The notes below the pieces were generated by a model. The model was not told the origin of the DNA and searched no databases. It saw only the letters and a program-made list of their open reading frames with translations. Below are positions 50,411 to 63,769 of a stretch of 64,000 nt of DNA, in pieces. The stretch's first letter is position 1; every line of letters begins with the position of its first letter. The DNA is taken from assembly GCA_028534125.1 (NCBI GenBank), contig CM052818.1:47308001-47372000 (forward strand), given 5' to 3'. This DNA comes from Lama glama (Eukaryota). The position numbers were made by a program, and so were the translations under genes.

Positions 50411-51214
50411 TTGTCCTACCCTTCTGTCTCTAGTGCTAACCTCATCCCCACATCCCATTCCCAACCTCTGGATCCCCCCTCTCTATGCTTGTTTCTGGTT
50501 CAAGTGGAAATAGCTCTCAGCTTTCCCTGGTTCTACTAATCTCTTCTACGTTGCGACAGCTTGACTTCAAAGAGGTAAAGAACATGCTTGGGTGGCCAAG
50601 GTGGAAATGAGATGGCAATGGGAGGCTTGAGGCATTAATTCCTAAATCCACCTTGGTTTAGAAAGACTTTGAGGAGAAGGGGAGTCAAGGGGCTTATAGA
50701 CTCATTACTCCGAAAACCATCATGATGAAGGATTTGTATCTACGATGGACTCACAGTTCATATAGGAATTACAGGAATTGACTTTATGTTTCGGAAAAAA
50801 TCAGGTTTGCCCTTGACTGGAGATTGAAATGGTAATAGTCAGTAAGAAATAATTCTCTATTCAGCTATGAATATAAATCCCTACTTTAATAAGTTGAAAG
50901 TAGTTTGCATTGGGGAATTTAAAAAAATATGTTCCCCTAGCTAGTGAGTGATGTGTTTAATTGGGCACTACCTTGACTTCCCTGTGCCCTGCCAATATCC
51001 TGGTGTTGGAGGACACATTGCTGCTTGGAACGGGTGGGCCATTAGGACCCCAGAACCAAAGCTGAAGCAAGAAAGGCAGATGAACTTTCAAACAGAATCA
51101 GCAAGACATGTATGGAGACCTTCAAGCTATTAAAGGACATGGAGGAGCTGATGGGAAGAAATCCAGGCTGACAAAGTGTAAGAAATCAGGAGTAGCTGCA
51201 GTATTTTGGGGGAA

Positions 51215-51415
51215 GCTGGGGATTAGAGTCAAGTTACCATGGGTTTGAATCTTGGCTTTGCGTTGTACAATTGTGTGGCTTTGACAAGGACTTGCCTTTC
51301 TTTATTTCTAGGAAGGTGGGTGATAGTGGCTTCTTCCACAAGAATCATTAACCAACATGTGGGGAAATATTTAGCGCACTGCCTGGCATGGAGTAGGGGA
51401 TTAATAGATGCTGAC
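51215..51415 (+). mobile_element. MIR SINE
   Basis: TTAGAGTCAAG...ATGGGTTTGAATCTTGGCTTTGC...TTTAGCGCACTGCCTGGCATGGAGTAGG. Confidence 0.85.
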
Positions 51416-51796
51416 TAGACATGGGTATTAAAGAAGTGGCAAGTAGCAGAGGCCAACCGCCAGGGGCAAAGCTGCCGGGTTGCTTGTGAGCTAGGTTGGT
51501 GTGGATGAATGGCCACGACTCAGCGATCTGAAGTATGGCAAGCACCACGACACAGATAACATAGACATTCTGCATTATCTTAAACAGATTCTCAGGGAAG
51601 CACCAGAAATAAGACTTCCATCTAATTTTACCACAACTATAATTGAGAAACTGAGGCTCTTAAGAACTCTTCCAAGGACACACACTTTGTCAGGCACAGT
51701 GGACACATTCCAAAAAAAAAAAAAAATCAATCTGCAAAGCCAGGATCTTTCCACTACATCTAATTCTTCCCTTCAACCTAAACTCTTGGGTTCTAG

Positions 51797-52235
51797 TTCT
51801 AGGTAAGATGGAGCAGACTCACTCCATCCTGTCTCTCCCGTTGAACACAGCAGAGAGGCAAATTGCACCATTAAATACTTGCAGTAGAAGAAAGCAAGGC
51901 TTCAAGTCAATGATCTAAGCTTCTACCTCAAGAAACTAGGAATAAAAGAACAAAATAAACACTAAGAAAATAGAAGGAAGGGAATAATAAAGAGGAGAAA
52001 TCAACGGAATTAAAAACAAACAAAAGATAGAGAAAAATCAGTGATACCAAAACTTGTTATTTGAAAAGGGCCAAGGAAATTGACAAACCTCTAGCAAGAA
52101 TGAATAAGAGAAAAAAAAAAGAATGAATAAGAGAAAAGGAAAGACATAAATTTACTGACATCAGAAATGATAGAGGAGACATGGGCACAAACTCTGCAGG
52201 CATTAAACAGAAAACAAGGAAAGTCCATGAACAAG
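51797..52235 (+). mobile_element. L1M fragment: short 5'-end-like piece joined to ORF2 linker region
   Basis: AAGTCAATGATCTAAGCTTCTACCTCAAGAAACTAG...GATAGAGAAAAATCAGTGATACCAAAA...ATTGACAAACCTCTAGCAAGA. Confidence 0.88.
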
Positions 52236-52332
52236 TATCGGCATCTGGGGAAAATTACTAAATCTTAATTCTTACATCTATAAAATGGAAATAATATTAG
52301 CATGAGTAATCATGTAAGGGTTGTTGTAAGGA

Positions 52333-52366
52333 TTAGATAGATAGATAGACAGGCAGACAGACAGAC
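52333..52366. repeat. (TAGA)n/(CAGA)n compound microsatellite after a MIR fragment (~52245-52335)
   Basis: TTAGATAGATAGATAGACAGGCAGACAGACAGAC. Confidence 0.85.
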
Positions 52367-54099
52367 AAACCTTAAGGAAGTTCCTGATCTGTGAGGGGTT
52401 TTCTACACATATTTCCACAATTGACAACTGCCAAGTGTGTGCTGCTGACTAGGCATAGGAGAAAGAGGATACCAGGGAGCTCTGAGGACTGGGCTGATAA
52501 GGGGAAGATTTATGCACGAATTCTTCATAGAAGAGGTTGGGGCCTGAAAGGAGGCTTAAAAGACAAGACTGTGTAGGTAAGAGGCAGAAGGGAAGAACCT
52601 GAACACAAAATGGCAAACACCCAGATTAGGGTGTCACAGGCCATCTTTGTTTCGGCATTTTTGTTGCCAGGTTACCTGGGACAGACCCCTGAGTTCTCTG
52701 GACCAAATTTCTTCACAGGCAACGAGCTGTGACATTACCCAGCTTTGGCTGCAGCCAAGTTAACACCCAGCCATACCCCTAGGGCGCTGGTTTTTTAGTG
52801 AGTTACCATAAGGAACTATTTTCCACGCCACACTGATTACAGATGTGAAGTCTACACATTCACACTTGTGATGGGAGTAGCCTGGTTCCGTCTGAATGTC
52901 CAGTGCCCTGACTCGTTTATTTTTCCTTTGCTGATGGCATCTGGAGCCTAGGTTGAAACATCACAGGTAGATTCAAACTTCCTTCCCTATTGGTCACAAG
53001 AGCTAACATCCACGGTGGTGACACCGAAGGCGCCAGCGGCCCTGGGAGCCTTCAGCTGCATCCTTTATGCTCTAGGGCCCTGCCACACCACTTCTCCCCC
53101 ACTTCCCGCCTCCCCCTGCGGAGGGCGCTCTCTAAACCTGCCACCATGCTAAGTGTTTGGGGTTACAAAGTAAAGCAGATTCCTCTCAGGTCTATTCCAA
53201 TGGAATTCTCCCTCTACTACGCAGTTGGTGATCTTATTTCACTGTCCTCATCACCATCTTATTATTACAATGTCCTGGGGATGGACCTTCCAGGTACAGC
53301 GTCCTAAGGGCACCCAGTCTGGGAAAAAGGGGCCAGCACCTGACCCCGAAGTCCCAAAGAGGACGAGTCCCACGGTCCCAGGCAATGGCGCACTTCTCCG
53401 CTCACCTGGAGCCTCTTGCTGCACTTTGGGTTTGGACTCGCAAGCCAACGGCATGCGCTTTCAAGATCGCGCTCGTGTTTCCTTGTTCCTCCACATTTCA
53501 CAGATATCCTCTATTTTTTGTTGGTGGATAAATACCTGCAGGTTGTCCCACCTGTTTCCCTTTCAGGAGAATGTGACTCTAAAAAAAATAATCAGTTTCT
53601 TTACTGACAGGTGGATGTTTAGTAAAGTTTCATGGTAATTAAAACCATATTCTAAATATTTAAATAAGCAGCATCAAATATGAAAATAAGTTTATATTCA
53701 GTAATTTGGTGCACATTATTCAAAAAATCAGGTGTTTTCTTTAGAGCCTTTTGTTTGATTAGGGAATTTGTGAGCCTTCAAAGCACAAGAAATTGACAAG
53801 TTTACAGCGAGGGCTGCTCTTAAGTGAACTGCAACAAAGAAGAGAAATATTTCAATGGGAAAAAATGGAAAAGGAACTGACAAGTTCACAGGATACTGGT
53901 TTATTATTAAAATTACAAAAATCATGACTAAAAATATGAAGATTAGAATAATGTCAACTACTTGTCACAGGCAGAGTATGATTTTTTTAAATTCATATGG
54001 ATCTAATAATTCATTATTCTCAACTTTTATGTTAAGCCAAGCAAGTCTTTTTTTGTGGTTTATGTGGCCAGAGCAAATTAGGAAACTGTGAGAGGAACC

Positions 54100-54740
54100 C
54101 ATCACACATAACACAAGCGTGTTCTTTCGCATGAACTTGGCGTGCCGTCTCCTGACGCAAATCACCCAGTGTTTGCCGCACAAATCCTACCGTGCAGAGA
54201 CGTGAAAAGCTCCCTCCTGACCCAGGATGCGCGGCAAAGTGCAGGCGTTCAGCGCTTTGTGATTTGTTTTCTTCTCCTTTTCCTCGAGAAGAGAAGGTCA
54301 GATGTCTCTTCCGGGAAATCACTGTTGGCCAATCAGAGCGCAGAATAATATTTCTCTCTTCCAACCCCTGCTAGTAATCTATACCAAACACCACTTAACA
54401 CAGCTTTCCCTCCCTCCCTCTTTCTCTCTGTATCTCTGCTATCTCACTGAACACGAGCTCTCCTAAATTATTATTACCAGTCTGGTCCATGTCATTTGTG
54501 GTGTGAAACAGGGGTCCGTCCAGAGCAGGGCGCGCGGCCGCCGCACCATCCCACTCCCAGAGCAGGGACGCCGCGCTTCGAAGCAGGGATTCTTGCTGAC
54601 AGACTCTGGCCACACTGATCCTGACACTGGGCAAATTAGCCAGGTCAGGAGCAAATAAAAAGAAGAAACAGGTGTGAAATCACCTTCCTGCCTCCTGGGA
54701 TGAATGCGTTGTACACTGAAGGCGATGCACCTGCGCCATT
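54100..54740. promoter_or_regulatory. CpG-enriched promoter/enhancer-like patch
   Basis: GAS site TTCCGGGAA at 54309-54317, NF-Y box GGCCAATCAG at 54327-54336, GCGCGCGGCCGCCGC at ~54530. No recognisable repeat. Confidence 0.45.
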
Positions 54741-56262
54741 GTTCCGGAGGAAAAAATAGCTTTTAAGAGCAAATACTCATGAGCCTTGATAGAGACAAGC
54801 GACTCCTGTGTAATTTGAGTATAAATGGGTCCTTTTCTTTCCCCTTTTATGATGGTTTATATTATGTTAACTCTTTGAGGAAATGGCTTTACAGCTCGAT
54901 TTAAACGTTTAAGTGCTGCTTGCTTTAAATAGAGAGGAGACAGGAGGCGGAAGGGGCTCTGATTTCTGGGCTGGCGGCAGTGGACCTCACGCCCTGCCGT
55001 CTGTCCTGATTTCTTGGTGACTGTGAGGTCCTTGGCTTGTTTCTGTGCCCACCAATCTCCTGGCAGCTCTGGCGAGACCTCTGCCCACCCCAAACCAGAT
55101 CACACCCCTCAGAGGGCCACTACCAACAATATTATGGTGACTGCCTGGGCCTCCACTCTCAACGTGGAATTCAAAATAGAATGTTAGCAGCATTCGCAGG
55201 AAATCCCAGAAATTCCTTTTTCCCTTGTTCACTACTTTAATGGCTTTGACCTGTAAATCTTTTTTTACAATTTTTTTTTTAGCATTTATTGGTGGCCTTA
55301 TTTGATTTTGCTGTAAACATACCAGACTGGTGCTTCTTGGGTGACAGGTCTACGCCCAAGTGTAGAACTCCCTTCCCTGTGCTGGCCTGGGCACTCACAG
55401 GCCAGCCCCCCACCCCCAGCCTCCACTGCCCCTGCTCGTGGTCCCCCTACCTCCTGGTCCTCGGGCTCTGCCTGACACCGAGCTGAGGTGGGAGGTGGGT
55501 AGACAGGGGCGATGCAACTGCAGATTCGTGTTTAAGTCAAGCTAGTCCTACAGGACAAATCCTGATCTAAATCACTCTGGAAACCCTGCGCATCCCGCCT
55601 CTTTGGCTGGATCTGAGTTCCTGCCTCAGGCAAGCTGCTTTGTTCTCTGGTGTCCTCCTGAGTCGGGGTCCTGGCTTCCTCTGGTAAGTTCCTGCTCTAG
55701 ACACTGTAGAAACCGGAACGCGGCTCCTAAAAACTTGCCTTTCTGAGAAAAATGAGAGCTGTTTTTGCTGGGCTAAACCTCTGAGGGTGACCTTCCGCAT
55801 CAGGCCTGCTTTCCCTAGACATCCCGGAGTCCCGTTACCAACTGCGCACCTGCACGCCGACTGCTCTTGCCGAGTCCTCCGAACACGCGTCCTGTCCTTC
55901 AGAGCGCGCTCCCCGCGGCTGTGAGAGGCGCCGCCAGCCCTGCCCGGGTGCACATGTCTAGCTCCTGCTCACAGTCTGCCCATGTCTGCTCTGGGAAACC
56001 CGGCCTAGCCTGGCAGGGACTTAATAAGTGGCACTCTAGACACTCTGCCAGTACCTACCTAGCTAGTGCCTCATTTTCTCAAAACCCTATTCCTGTGATA
56101 AATGGATTATAAATTAGGTTGCAATGCTCCACCTGATCACATTTCTAAATCAATCAACAAACGACCCCTGGATCTCTCCTGAGCGCTAGGTATGGTGTTG
56201 GACATCAGGGATGGGCAAATGGGTGACAGTCCGCTTTGTCCTTGAGGGCCTTACAAAGTGCA

Positions 56263-56762
56263 NNNNNNNNNNNNNNNNNNNNNNNNNNNNNNNNNNNNNN
56301 NNNNNNNNNNNNNNNNNNNNNNNNNNNNNNNNNNNNNNNNNNNNNNNNNNNNNNNNNNNNNNNNNNNNNNNNNNNNNNNNNNNNNNNNNNNNNNNNNNNN
56401 NNNNNNNNNNNNNNNNNNNNNNNNNNNNNNNNNNNNNNNNNNNNNNNNNNNNNNNNNNNNNNNNNNNNNNNNNNNNNNNNNNNNNNNNNNNNNNNNNNNN
56501 NNNNNNNNNNNNNNNNNNNNNNNNNNNNNNNNNNNNNNNNNNNNNNNNNNNNNNNNNNNNNNNNNNNNNNNNNNNNNNNNNNNNNNNNNNNNNNNNNNNN
56601 NNNNNNNNNNNNNNNNNNNNNNNNNNNNNNNNNNNNNNNNNNNNNNNNNNNNNNNNNNNNNNNNNNNNNNNNNNNNNNNNNNNNNNNNNNNNNNNNNNNN
56701 NNNNNNNNNNNNNNNNNNNNNNNNNNNNNNNNNNNNNNNNNNNNNNNNNNNNNNNNNNNNNN
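56263..56762. other. Assembly gap (500 N)
   Basis: Exactly 500 N. Confidence 1.
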
Positions 56763-57221
56763 CTTGGGATCTTTTCCCGGAGACCCATTCCTTGCTCTTC
56801 TGCTCTGCTTGAATCCCTTGAGGCTGACCAGTCCCCTGGCGCAGCTGGAGTTGAGCTCAGTTTGGTCCATGGGGAGCCCTAGTGGGCAACTGGAAGCTGG
56901 GAGAAAGGGAGGCCCCAGGCTCTTTTCATCTCCCAGGATGGTGGACCCCGTGGCGATCGGGTCGTCCACCATAGAGGTGCTCCCCCATCTGAATTTTCAC
57001 TGGGTGACCTCGGTTCTCATGTTGCTGCAGATCACATCTTTTTTGACTCTTCTGTCCTCTGCCAGGTAGCGGCTTCCTGTTCCCCATCGCTCGCTCACCA
57101 CATCAAGCCCCATCGGGATGTGCCACTGTCCATGACCCACGTAATCTAGTTCTTGCACTAATCACCTCTGCTTGAGATACTCAAAGTGACTTTGTTTTCC
57201 AACTTAAACCCTGACTGATAA
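56763..57221 (+). mobile_element. LTR33-type ERVL LTR
   Basis: CTCTTCTGCTCTGC...GAGGCTGACC...GTTTGGTCCATGGGGAG...TTTGTTTTCC...ACCCTGACTGATA end. Confidence 0.7.
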
Positions 57222-57659
57222 ATGTCATTTTTAGGAGTTTTCAAGCCACTCCTCAATACCACAGGAAGTTTCAGAGCTCCTCAGGGCATCTGTTGATTTA
57301 GCAGGGGAGAGGATAAGATGGGAGTGGTGATGGGACCACAGCGGCCATGGAACTGGTTCCTGCGTGCAGGAAGCTCACAGTCCAGTAGGAATAATGCTGA
57401 GGTATTTGTTTTCTGTGACTATTAAATTCTAGTGATGGGTGACCTCTGGTCTCACTGTCTGCTAAGGTTTTTTTGTTTACTAAAGATATGACTAAATGAA
57501 TGAATCAGTCAAGCAATTACCCAGTGAGGAAGAGGCACTGCATCCATGGTCGGGGGGTTGGCCCATGCATTGGTGGGGATGGAAAATGATTGGGAAAGAG
57601 CATTGCATGAATGGACAGATGAGTAAATGAATGAACACAGGAGGAAAGAACACTGTATC

Positions 57660-57805
57660 AGTAGCCATGAGTTCTTGTCCAAACTCTGCTGTTCATTTGC
57701 CAGGTTACTTTGGGAAAGTCCTACCTCCTTTCTGGACCTGTCTTCTCACCTGTGAAATGCAGAGTTCTTACTAAACACATAGGTTTTCCTGTGAATGTCA
57801 AATGT
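57660..57805 (+). mobile_element. MIR SINE
   Basis: ACTTTGGGAAAGTCCTACCTCCTTTCTGGACCTGTCTTCTCACCTGTGAAATG. Confidence 0.75.
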
Positions 57806-59239
57806 GACCAGCTATAGTGGCTGCTTGTTTTCCTCAAAGGAGAAGGATGTGGAATGTGGCCCTTGAGCTGTGGTGGACAAAGCACTGTGATGCCTGCCAG
57901 GGAGACACTACCTGCATATCTGCCTGGATGGGCACTGCTCAAGGGAAGACCTGGTCTGATGCTCTGTTTCTCTCCTCCACCTGGTTAGTTTACAAACAGC
58001 CTTGTGTAAGTTTTTCTCTGCACATAGAGGAAGCTGGAACTTACTGCTGCTCAGAGTGAAAGAACATGATCTCTGCTGAATTATAAAAAGAAGGGCTCCT
58101 GTCCATTGTGACTGCCGGGCTCGACGCTGATGCTTCGTCTGCACTGCTAGATCCTCAGTATCACATGCAGATTGTAACTTGGTCTCAGTAGGAGGACTTT
58201 CAGCTGAATTTGATATGTGACTCGTGGAATCCATCAGCCATAAGCCGGGGGCCAGGCTACAAAGACAATTACAAAATGTGAAGAACAGTTTTGGGTGGTC
58301 ACTCTATCTTAGCCAGTGACCCTGAAAAGCGAGTTTAAGACAGAGACATGGATTCAGGGAAGCGGGATCAGGAAAGAGTGGGACCAGGGAGGTGGGGAGC
58401 TAGCTGCAGGGCATGTGGTCAGCTGATCATGCCGGGGACCCCGGGGCCTCAGAAGCGTCTGCAAATGCGGAGGCAGAGGACAAGGGTGTAGCTGTGAGCT
58501 TTTGGCCCCCGGCCTCTAACGTTTGAGGAGTGCTCCGTGGGTATGAGTTTCCTGGGTCTTCTGTTTGGACATGCCTGGGCGGAGCTCAGCGGGTGCCTCA
58601 GGGCTCCCTCCCAGTGGCAGCAACAGAGAAGCCCCAGGACAGAAAGCAAGGGGCAGCAGAAAGTGCCCCTGCGTGCAGCTGGAGCCAGAGGCAGGGCTGA
58701 AGCAATACCGTGGGCAGCGGGTGAGCAGGGTCGCAGGAGAGAGCTGATACAGAAGCTGCAGGGACTCCCTGATTTCGCTTCTTGGAGGTGACTCCGGGGA
58801 GCCAAGAACGCCCAAGCCCACCTGTGTTTTGCGTTTCGCATCAGCAGAGCTGCCACATACTCAGGAGAGATTAGGTGCGCAGCCTCGCGAGGATCTCTCT
58901 TGTGCCTTTGGTCCTGGGCCTGCAGCTCACCTGGACGTGGACCGCACCAGCCCAGGACAGGTTTATATAAAACCGGGGAACTCAGTGAGGTTCCGAGGGC
59001 GCAGGGTCACACCAGGTCTCCCTACAGTCCGTGTGGACTTGACTCTTTTAGGGACTTGAGGCTGCCTCAGCTGTCCCAGGTCTCCTCGTCACAAAGGCCG
59101 CTGTTCAGACGCGGTGCAAAGCCACTGCGATGCCCACAGGACGGTGTTCCTGCAGAACAGAGAGCTGGGCTTAAGGAATCAAGGATCTGAAAGGGGTAGG
59201 GGCACCAGGACCGCCACACGGAGCTGCATGTTGCACAAC

Positions 59240-60058
59240 TTAAATGCTAATGATAAAACACTAACATCAATTTAAAAATGAAAGATGTTATCTTCTTCGA
59301 GATTAAGGGAAGCTGAGGACTTTTAACAACTTCCAGAGCTCTGAATATGAGACAGGAACTGATTAATTTGATTACCTCAAAATTAAAGTTTTCTCTCCAA
59401 AAGGGAACGGGGTGGGGGGATAATTGCATGGCTAAAACTGACAAGAGATCAATATCTGAATAATGGACGAAGCTCCTAACAAGTCTATGAAGAGGTTTCC
59501 AGTCATTAGCAATCAGAGAAGTAGGAAATACCAAAAAATTATGACTTCAAGTCTGTTAGCCTCTCTCCCTCCATTGAAAAAAGGCCATAAAAGAGCATGA
59601 TGTTGAAGGTTGACAAGGGTGGGGACAGAGGGCGTGTCCTCTGGTGGGGAACGTGGACTGAGCGGCCTTTCTGAAGACCACTTGATACTAACCAATCAGC
59701 TTAAGTGTGGCTGCAGCCTGTGACTCCAGCAACCCTTTCCCTCGGGCTGTCCCTAAGAAATGCTCACGTATCTATAGGAAGGCACGGGCAAGGGTGCTCA
59801 CTGGTTGCTTTCCTGGTGGTGGGAACTGGAAACCACCTGGTCCTCCTGGGTAGGGTGTTTAAAAGGCAGCAAAGTGGGGGAAGCAGCAGTCAGGGGCGGG
59901 GCTCAGATGCTGGGTGCTTCGAAGCACACGCAGCACCTTGGATGCATCTTAAAGATGTGATGCTCAATGGAGATGTAAGGAAAAGTGTGCAACACCATGG
60001 CCACCGTGTCAATAATTTCCATCTCAAAAATTCACATACTCACAGAAAGATACCACTT

Positions 60059-60060
<2 letters not shown>
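59240..60060 (+). mobile_element. L1ME-type 3' region
   Basis: ATTTGATTACCTCAAAATTAAAGTTTTCT...TCATTAGCAATCAGAGAA...TGTGACTCCAGCAACCC...AACTGGAAACCACCTGG...GGATGCATCTTAAAGA. Confidence 0.75.

Positions 60061-60063
<3 letters not shown>

Positions 60064-60090
<27 letters not shown>
60064..60090. repeat. (AC)n microsatellite
   Basis: AC run of about 13 units. Confidence 0.95.
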
Positions 60091-60096
<6 letters not shown>

Positions 60097-60664
60097 GTCA
60101 TATTGGGTGTGGAAGTGTGTTATGAAAACAAAAGATAATTATAAAACAAGAGAGGCTTGCATGAACTGATGGTGATTATATAGTGTATTTAATTCCACCC
60201 TCTGAGTTTCTGTCTTTGAAGTTAAAAATCAATATATAACTATATATAACTCTGCACTCCCCCTTCTTATAATATTTAGGAGAAATACTAAAAGGGGACA
60301 ATGTAGCAGGGAGATGTTTGCTTCTGTGCACAGAACGGCTGTGACTGTGACAGTTAAAACTGAGAACTGATCCAGGTGCTGAGTGGCCACCCAAATCCCA
60401 CAGGCCGTGTTGCCATAATGGTAAGATGTTTTCTGACTTGTGACAAATTATTGGTAAAATTCCCACAAGACAAAATATAATCTTCCCTTCAATTATGAAG
60501 TGGTTGTGTTAATAAAGCTTTGCAAAGACAGCTGTGTGTTTATATTTGTAAAATGAAATCAGATTCTAGGTTCAAATAATTTTAAACAGATTTTCACCAG
60601 CATGAATTTCTGGTGAGGGATTTGAAAGTTTCACAAGATAGAGACTTTTTTTTTAATCGCTAAA

Positions 60665-60810
60665 ATGAGTGTTCTGTGAACTGGAGGGCACCCAGCATCC
60701 CTGACCCTCGTCTACCAGATGCCAATAAACTCCACCCCCAAACTGTGACAGGATAAGGACACCAGAATTTTCAGGATTCCTCCTAAGGGGAAGCACTGCC
60801 CTCATTCGTC
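60665..60810. mobile_element. MER20-like hAT fragment
   Basis: CAGCATCCCTGACCCTCGTCTACCAGATGCCA...CCCCCAAACTGTGACA. Confidence 0.7.
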
Positions 60811-63403
60811 TCTAGTGGGACTGGTATGATGGAAGGCCAAGTTCTTTTCGTCTATATTGAAAGTCTTTTATAACTTCCGGGTCTAGGAATCTGACTTCGT
60901 ATGACATCTTGAAAGTGAAGGTGAGGGAGATGGCAACATCCTCTGTGAAGTGGTTCACAGGAGAAGGGGACTCTGTTTACACCGACCTCGGTGGAACAGG
61001 TCTTGGGGACAGCTGTCACAAAGGACCACCAAGCTAAAGAATAGCAACAGATATGATGAGTCAATGGTTATTTCCCAGGGAAAATCCAAAATCCTGGTTC
61101 AGCTTGAAAGAACTCAGACAACATGGGAAAGGCTGCAAATACCCAATGATCAACAAGATCGTGAATTCTGGGAAACTGAAAACAGCGTTGCAACATAAGC
61201 AATTTCTGCTTTTGGAAGCAGGGTTAGTATGGTACTGGTCTGCTTTAATGTTTTTCAAGCTTTTAGGAAAGAAAATAGTATTTTCAAATAAGCTATTGGG
61301 TAGGTCCCTAAAATGTAAAGCAGGTGAAACCGGTGTTTTCTTACTACAAATGTATTTTATAAATTTACATCTGTAATATTTTATGATTATATCCAGCAAT
61401 TACAGAATGAGACTGTTTTGCAGCATAAGCATTTGAAATTAGGGTTATTGATAATAGCTCAGCCTCATTTTTAGCATCTAATTTATTTCAGTATTTTGTT
61501 CCGGCTGAACAAAATTAAAATACCTCGATCTGTACAGATAGGAACATGCAAATAGTGATTTTTTAGAAAAAGTTTGCCTTGTATCCTCAGGACTTAATTT
61601 ATGAATCTGTTGCAAAAGTTTAAAATATAAATGAGGAAAAAAATTTTTTGTTTGAAACTTTAATCAAGCATCAGTGATCTCTAACTTCTCTTATAGACAA
61701 ACCACAGTCTCTAAATGTTCTTAGAGTCAAACCAGAGATTTAAAACTAGGCAAATAGCAGAACTAAACAAACTAAACATAACTAAAGCATGTAAAACAAA
61801 CAAACAGAAAATTACCTAAGCCCCAGAGCTATCAGTATACAATGTATTCACACTGGGACATCCTGTAGGTTCTCATATAATTCCACAGTTGGTAACAAAA
61901 CTGGGATGGGAGCCTGAGCCACTCAGCGGCCCCTGGCCCTGGCCGGGCATCGAGGAGACCCCTGGGCTCACATCAGGCGGCGGCGGTGCATGGTGTGCAC
62001 ACGCACTTCAGACAAGCACAACTCTGTGCAAAGGTCTGGATCTTCCGAGGGCTGGTGCAGATAGAGCGACAGTCTTCGTCTTTAATCCTGTATCTGACAC
62101 GAATTTAAATATCTTCATGGCATGCCTGCAAGATTTTTCAGAGCTGTTCCAAAAGGGATTAAGCTGGAGGTAGAGATGAATACATTGGTCAACTCCAGTG
62201 TGTTACAATTTGGTAAAGAACTACACCATGGTAAAATGGCTAAAGATGCATATTAAAAATGAAAGTCTGTACTGCCATTAATAAAACTGGAACCGATCAT
62301 TTATATAATCTATTCTACTTAAAATTAACCCTACAGCTTTAGAGAGAAATTTAGACACATATTCTTGGCATCAAAGCACACAGAAAGCTAGAAGAATACA
62401 CACTTCGTGGCCAGGTGTCTCCCTGACCCCCAGCCCTCTGACACTCTTGGTCCTTTATCTCCTTCTGCCCTGGTTTAATAGTAGTCACCGTTCCGTTACC
62501 TGGATGAGGTGGCTTTGAGAATCAAATAATTGAGTTTTGTGAGAGTGCTTTGCCGAGAACATTCACTGCACGTATCTGCACATTAATGACGTGCAATTAG
62601 CATCACGAACAAGCGCGAAGTCGTGGCGTGCTTGCGGTGAGATGGTAGATCTTCCTGACACAGGTTCTTCAGTCCAAAAAGAAGTTTAATCATTAGGCAA
62701 TCATTCTTAAGACACTGTTGGTTATTTTAAAATATTATTACTTATTCTACTCTAAAGTATTATCTACTTATAAAAATGAATTTTTTACGAGGGAGAAATT
62801 TCAAGAGAAAAATCACTCCTGCACCATGGCTGGAAGACAACCAATGCGAACAATTTGATTTACTTCCTTCCCATCTTTTATTTCTTATTTATAGTTTTAT
62901 ATTTTTAAGCATGGCCATGTTTACATGTAATTTTTATTTCCCTATTTTGTCTTAATGTTAAAACAAATATTTTCTCATGTCAAAATGTAGATTTTTGTGA
63001 CTCCAACTTCAGAGTACACAGCAAGCTGTTTTATTTTACCCAGAGGCAACATAGCTAACTTCCAGCTCTACCTTTGGCCTTCCCCAACTGTCTCGGTCTG
63101 TTCACATAAGTTTTTTAAAATTCATAAATAGAGAACGGTGACTTTGGGGAAAAGAACACTTGGCGGATCAGTCAGTAGGTACTTCATACTATCTGAAGTA
63201 TGGGGTGAGAATTTCTGGGGAGCAGTAGGCCTCACTGTCTGCTACGTTCAACACTCATATGTCAGTGCAAGAGGTACCAGGCTGCAGGTACGGGCCGTTG
63301 CAGCCGCAGGGTCGAGGCTCTGGTAGAAGAGCGTAAAAGCAAGGCATCAAGACTGACATTGGAAATGGTGCCACTGGCGAGAAATGCAGCCCAGTCCGGT
63401 GGT

Positions 63404-63741
63404 GGTTGTGGACTGAACCGCGTCACTGCAAAACCTACACATGGACGTCTCAGTCCCTCGCACTGTAGAATGTGACTGAGGTCACTGCAGTGCACCCCGA
63501 TCCAGTATGACCAGCATCCTCATAAGAAGAGATTAAGATGGAGACACTTGTAAAAGGAAGGCCCTGTGGCAGAGGCAGTGAGGGCACAGAGAGGAGGTAG
63601 CCACGTGTGACTCAAGGAGGGAGTCCTGCTGACACCTTGATCTTAGATGTCTAGTCCCCCAAACTATGAGAACATAAATTTCTACTGTTTAAGCTCCCCA
63701 CCTGTGGGACTTTGTTATGACAGCCCCAGCACACTGATACC
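63404..63741 (+). mobile_element. MLT1A/B (ERVL-MaLR) solo LTR
   Basis: GTTGTGGACTGAA...AGAATGTGACT...ATCCAGTATGACCAGCATCCTCATAAGAAGAG...CTGCTGACACCTTGATCTTAGA...ATAAATTTCTACTGTTTAAGC...ACTTTGTTATGACAGCCCCAGCACACTGATAC. Confidence 0.92.
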
Positions 63742-63769
63742 AGGGTGAGGTTCTGGGGAGACAGACACC

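Noticed and set aside
56186..57069. ORFs of 184-277 aa spanning the second gap
   Set aside because: Artefacts of the N run; the flanks are L2-like and LTR33-like sequence.
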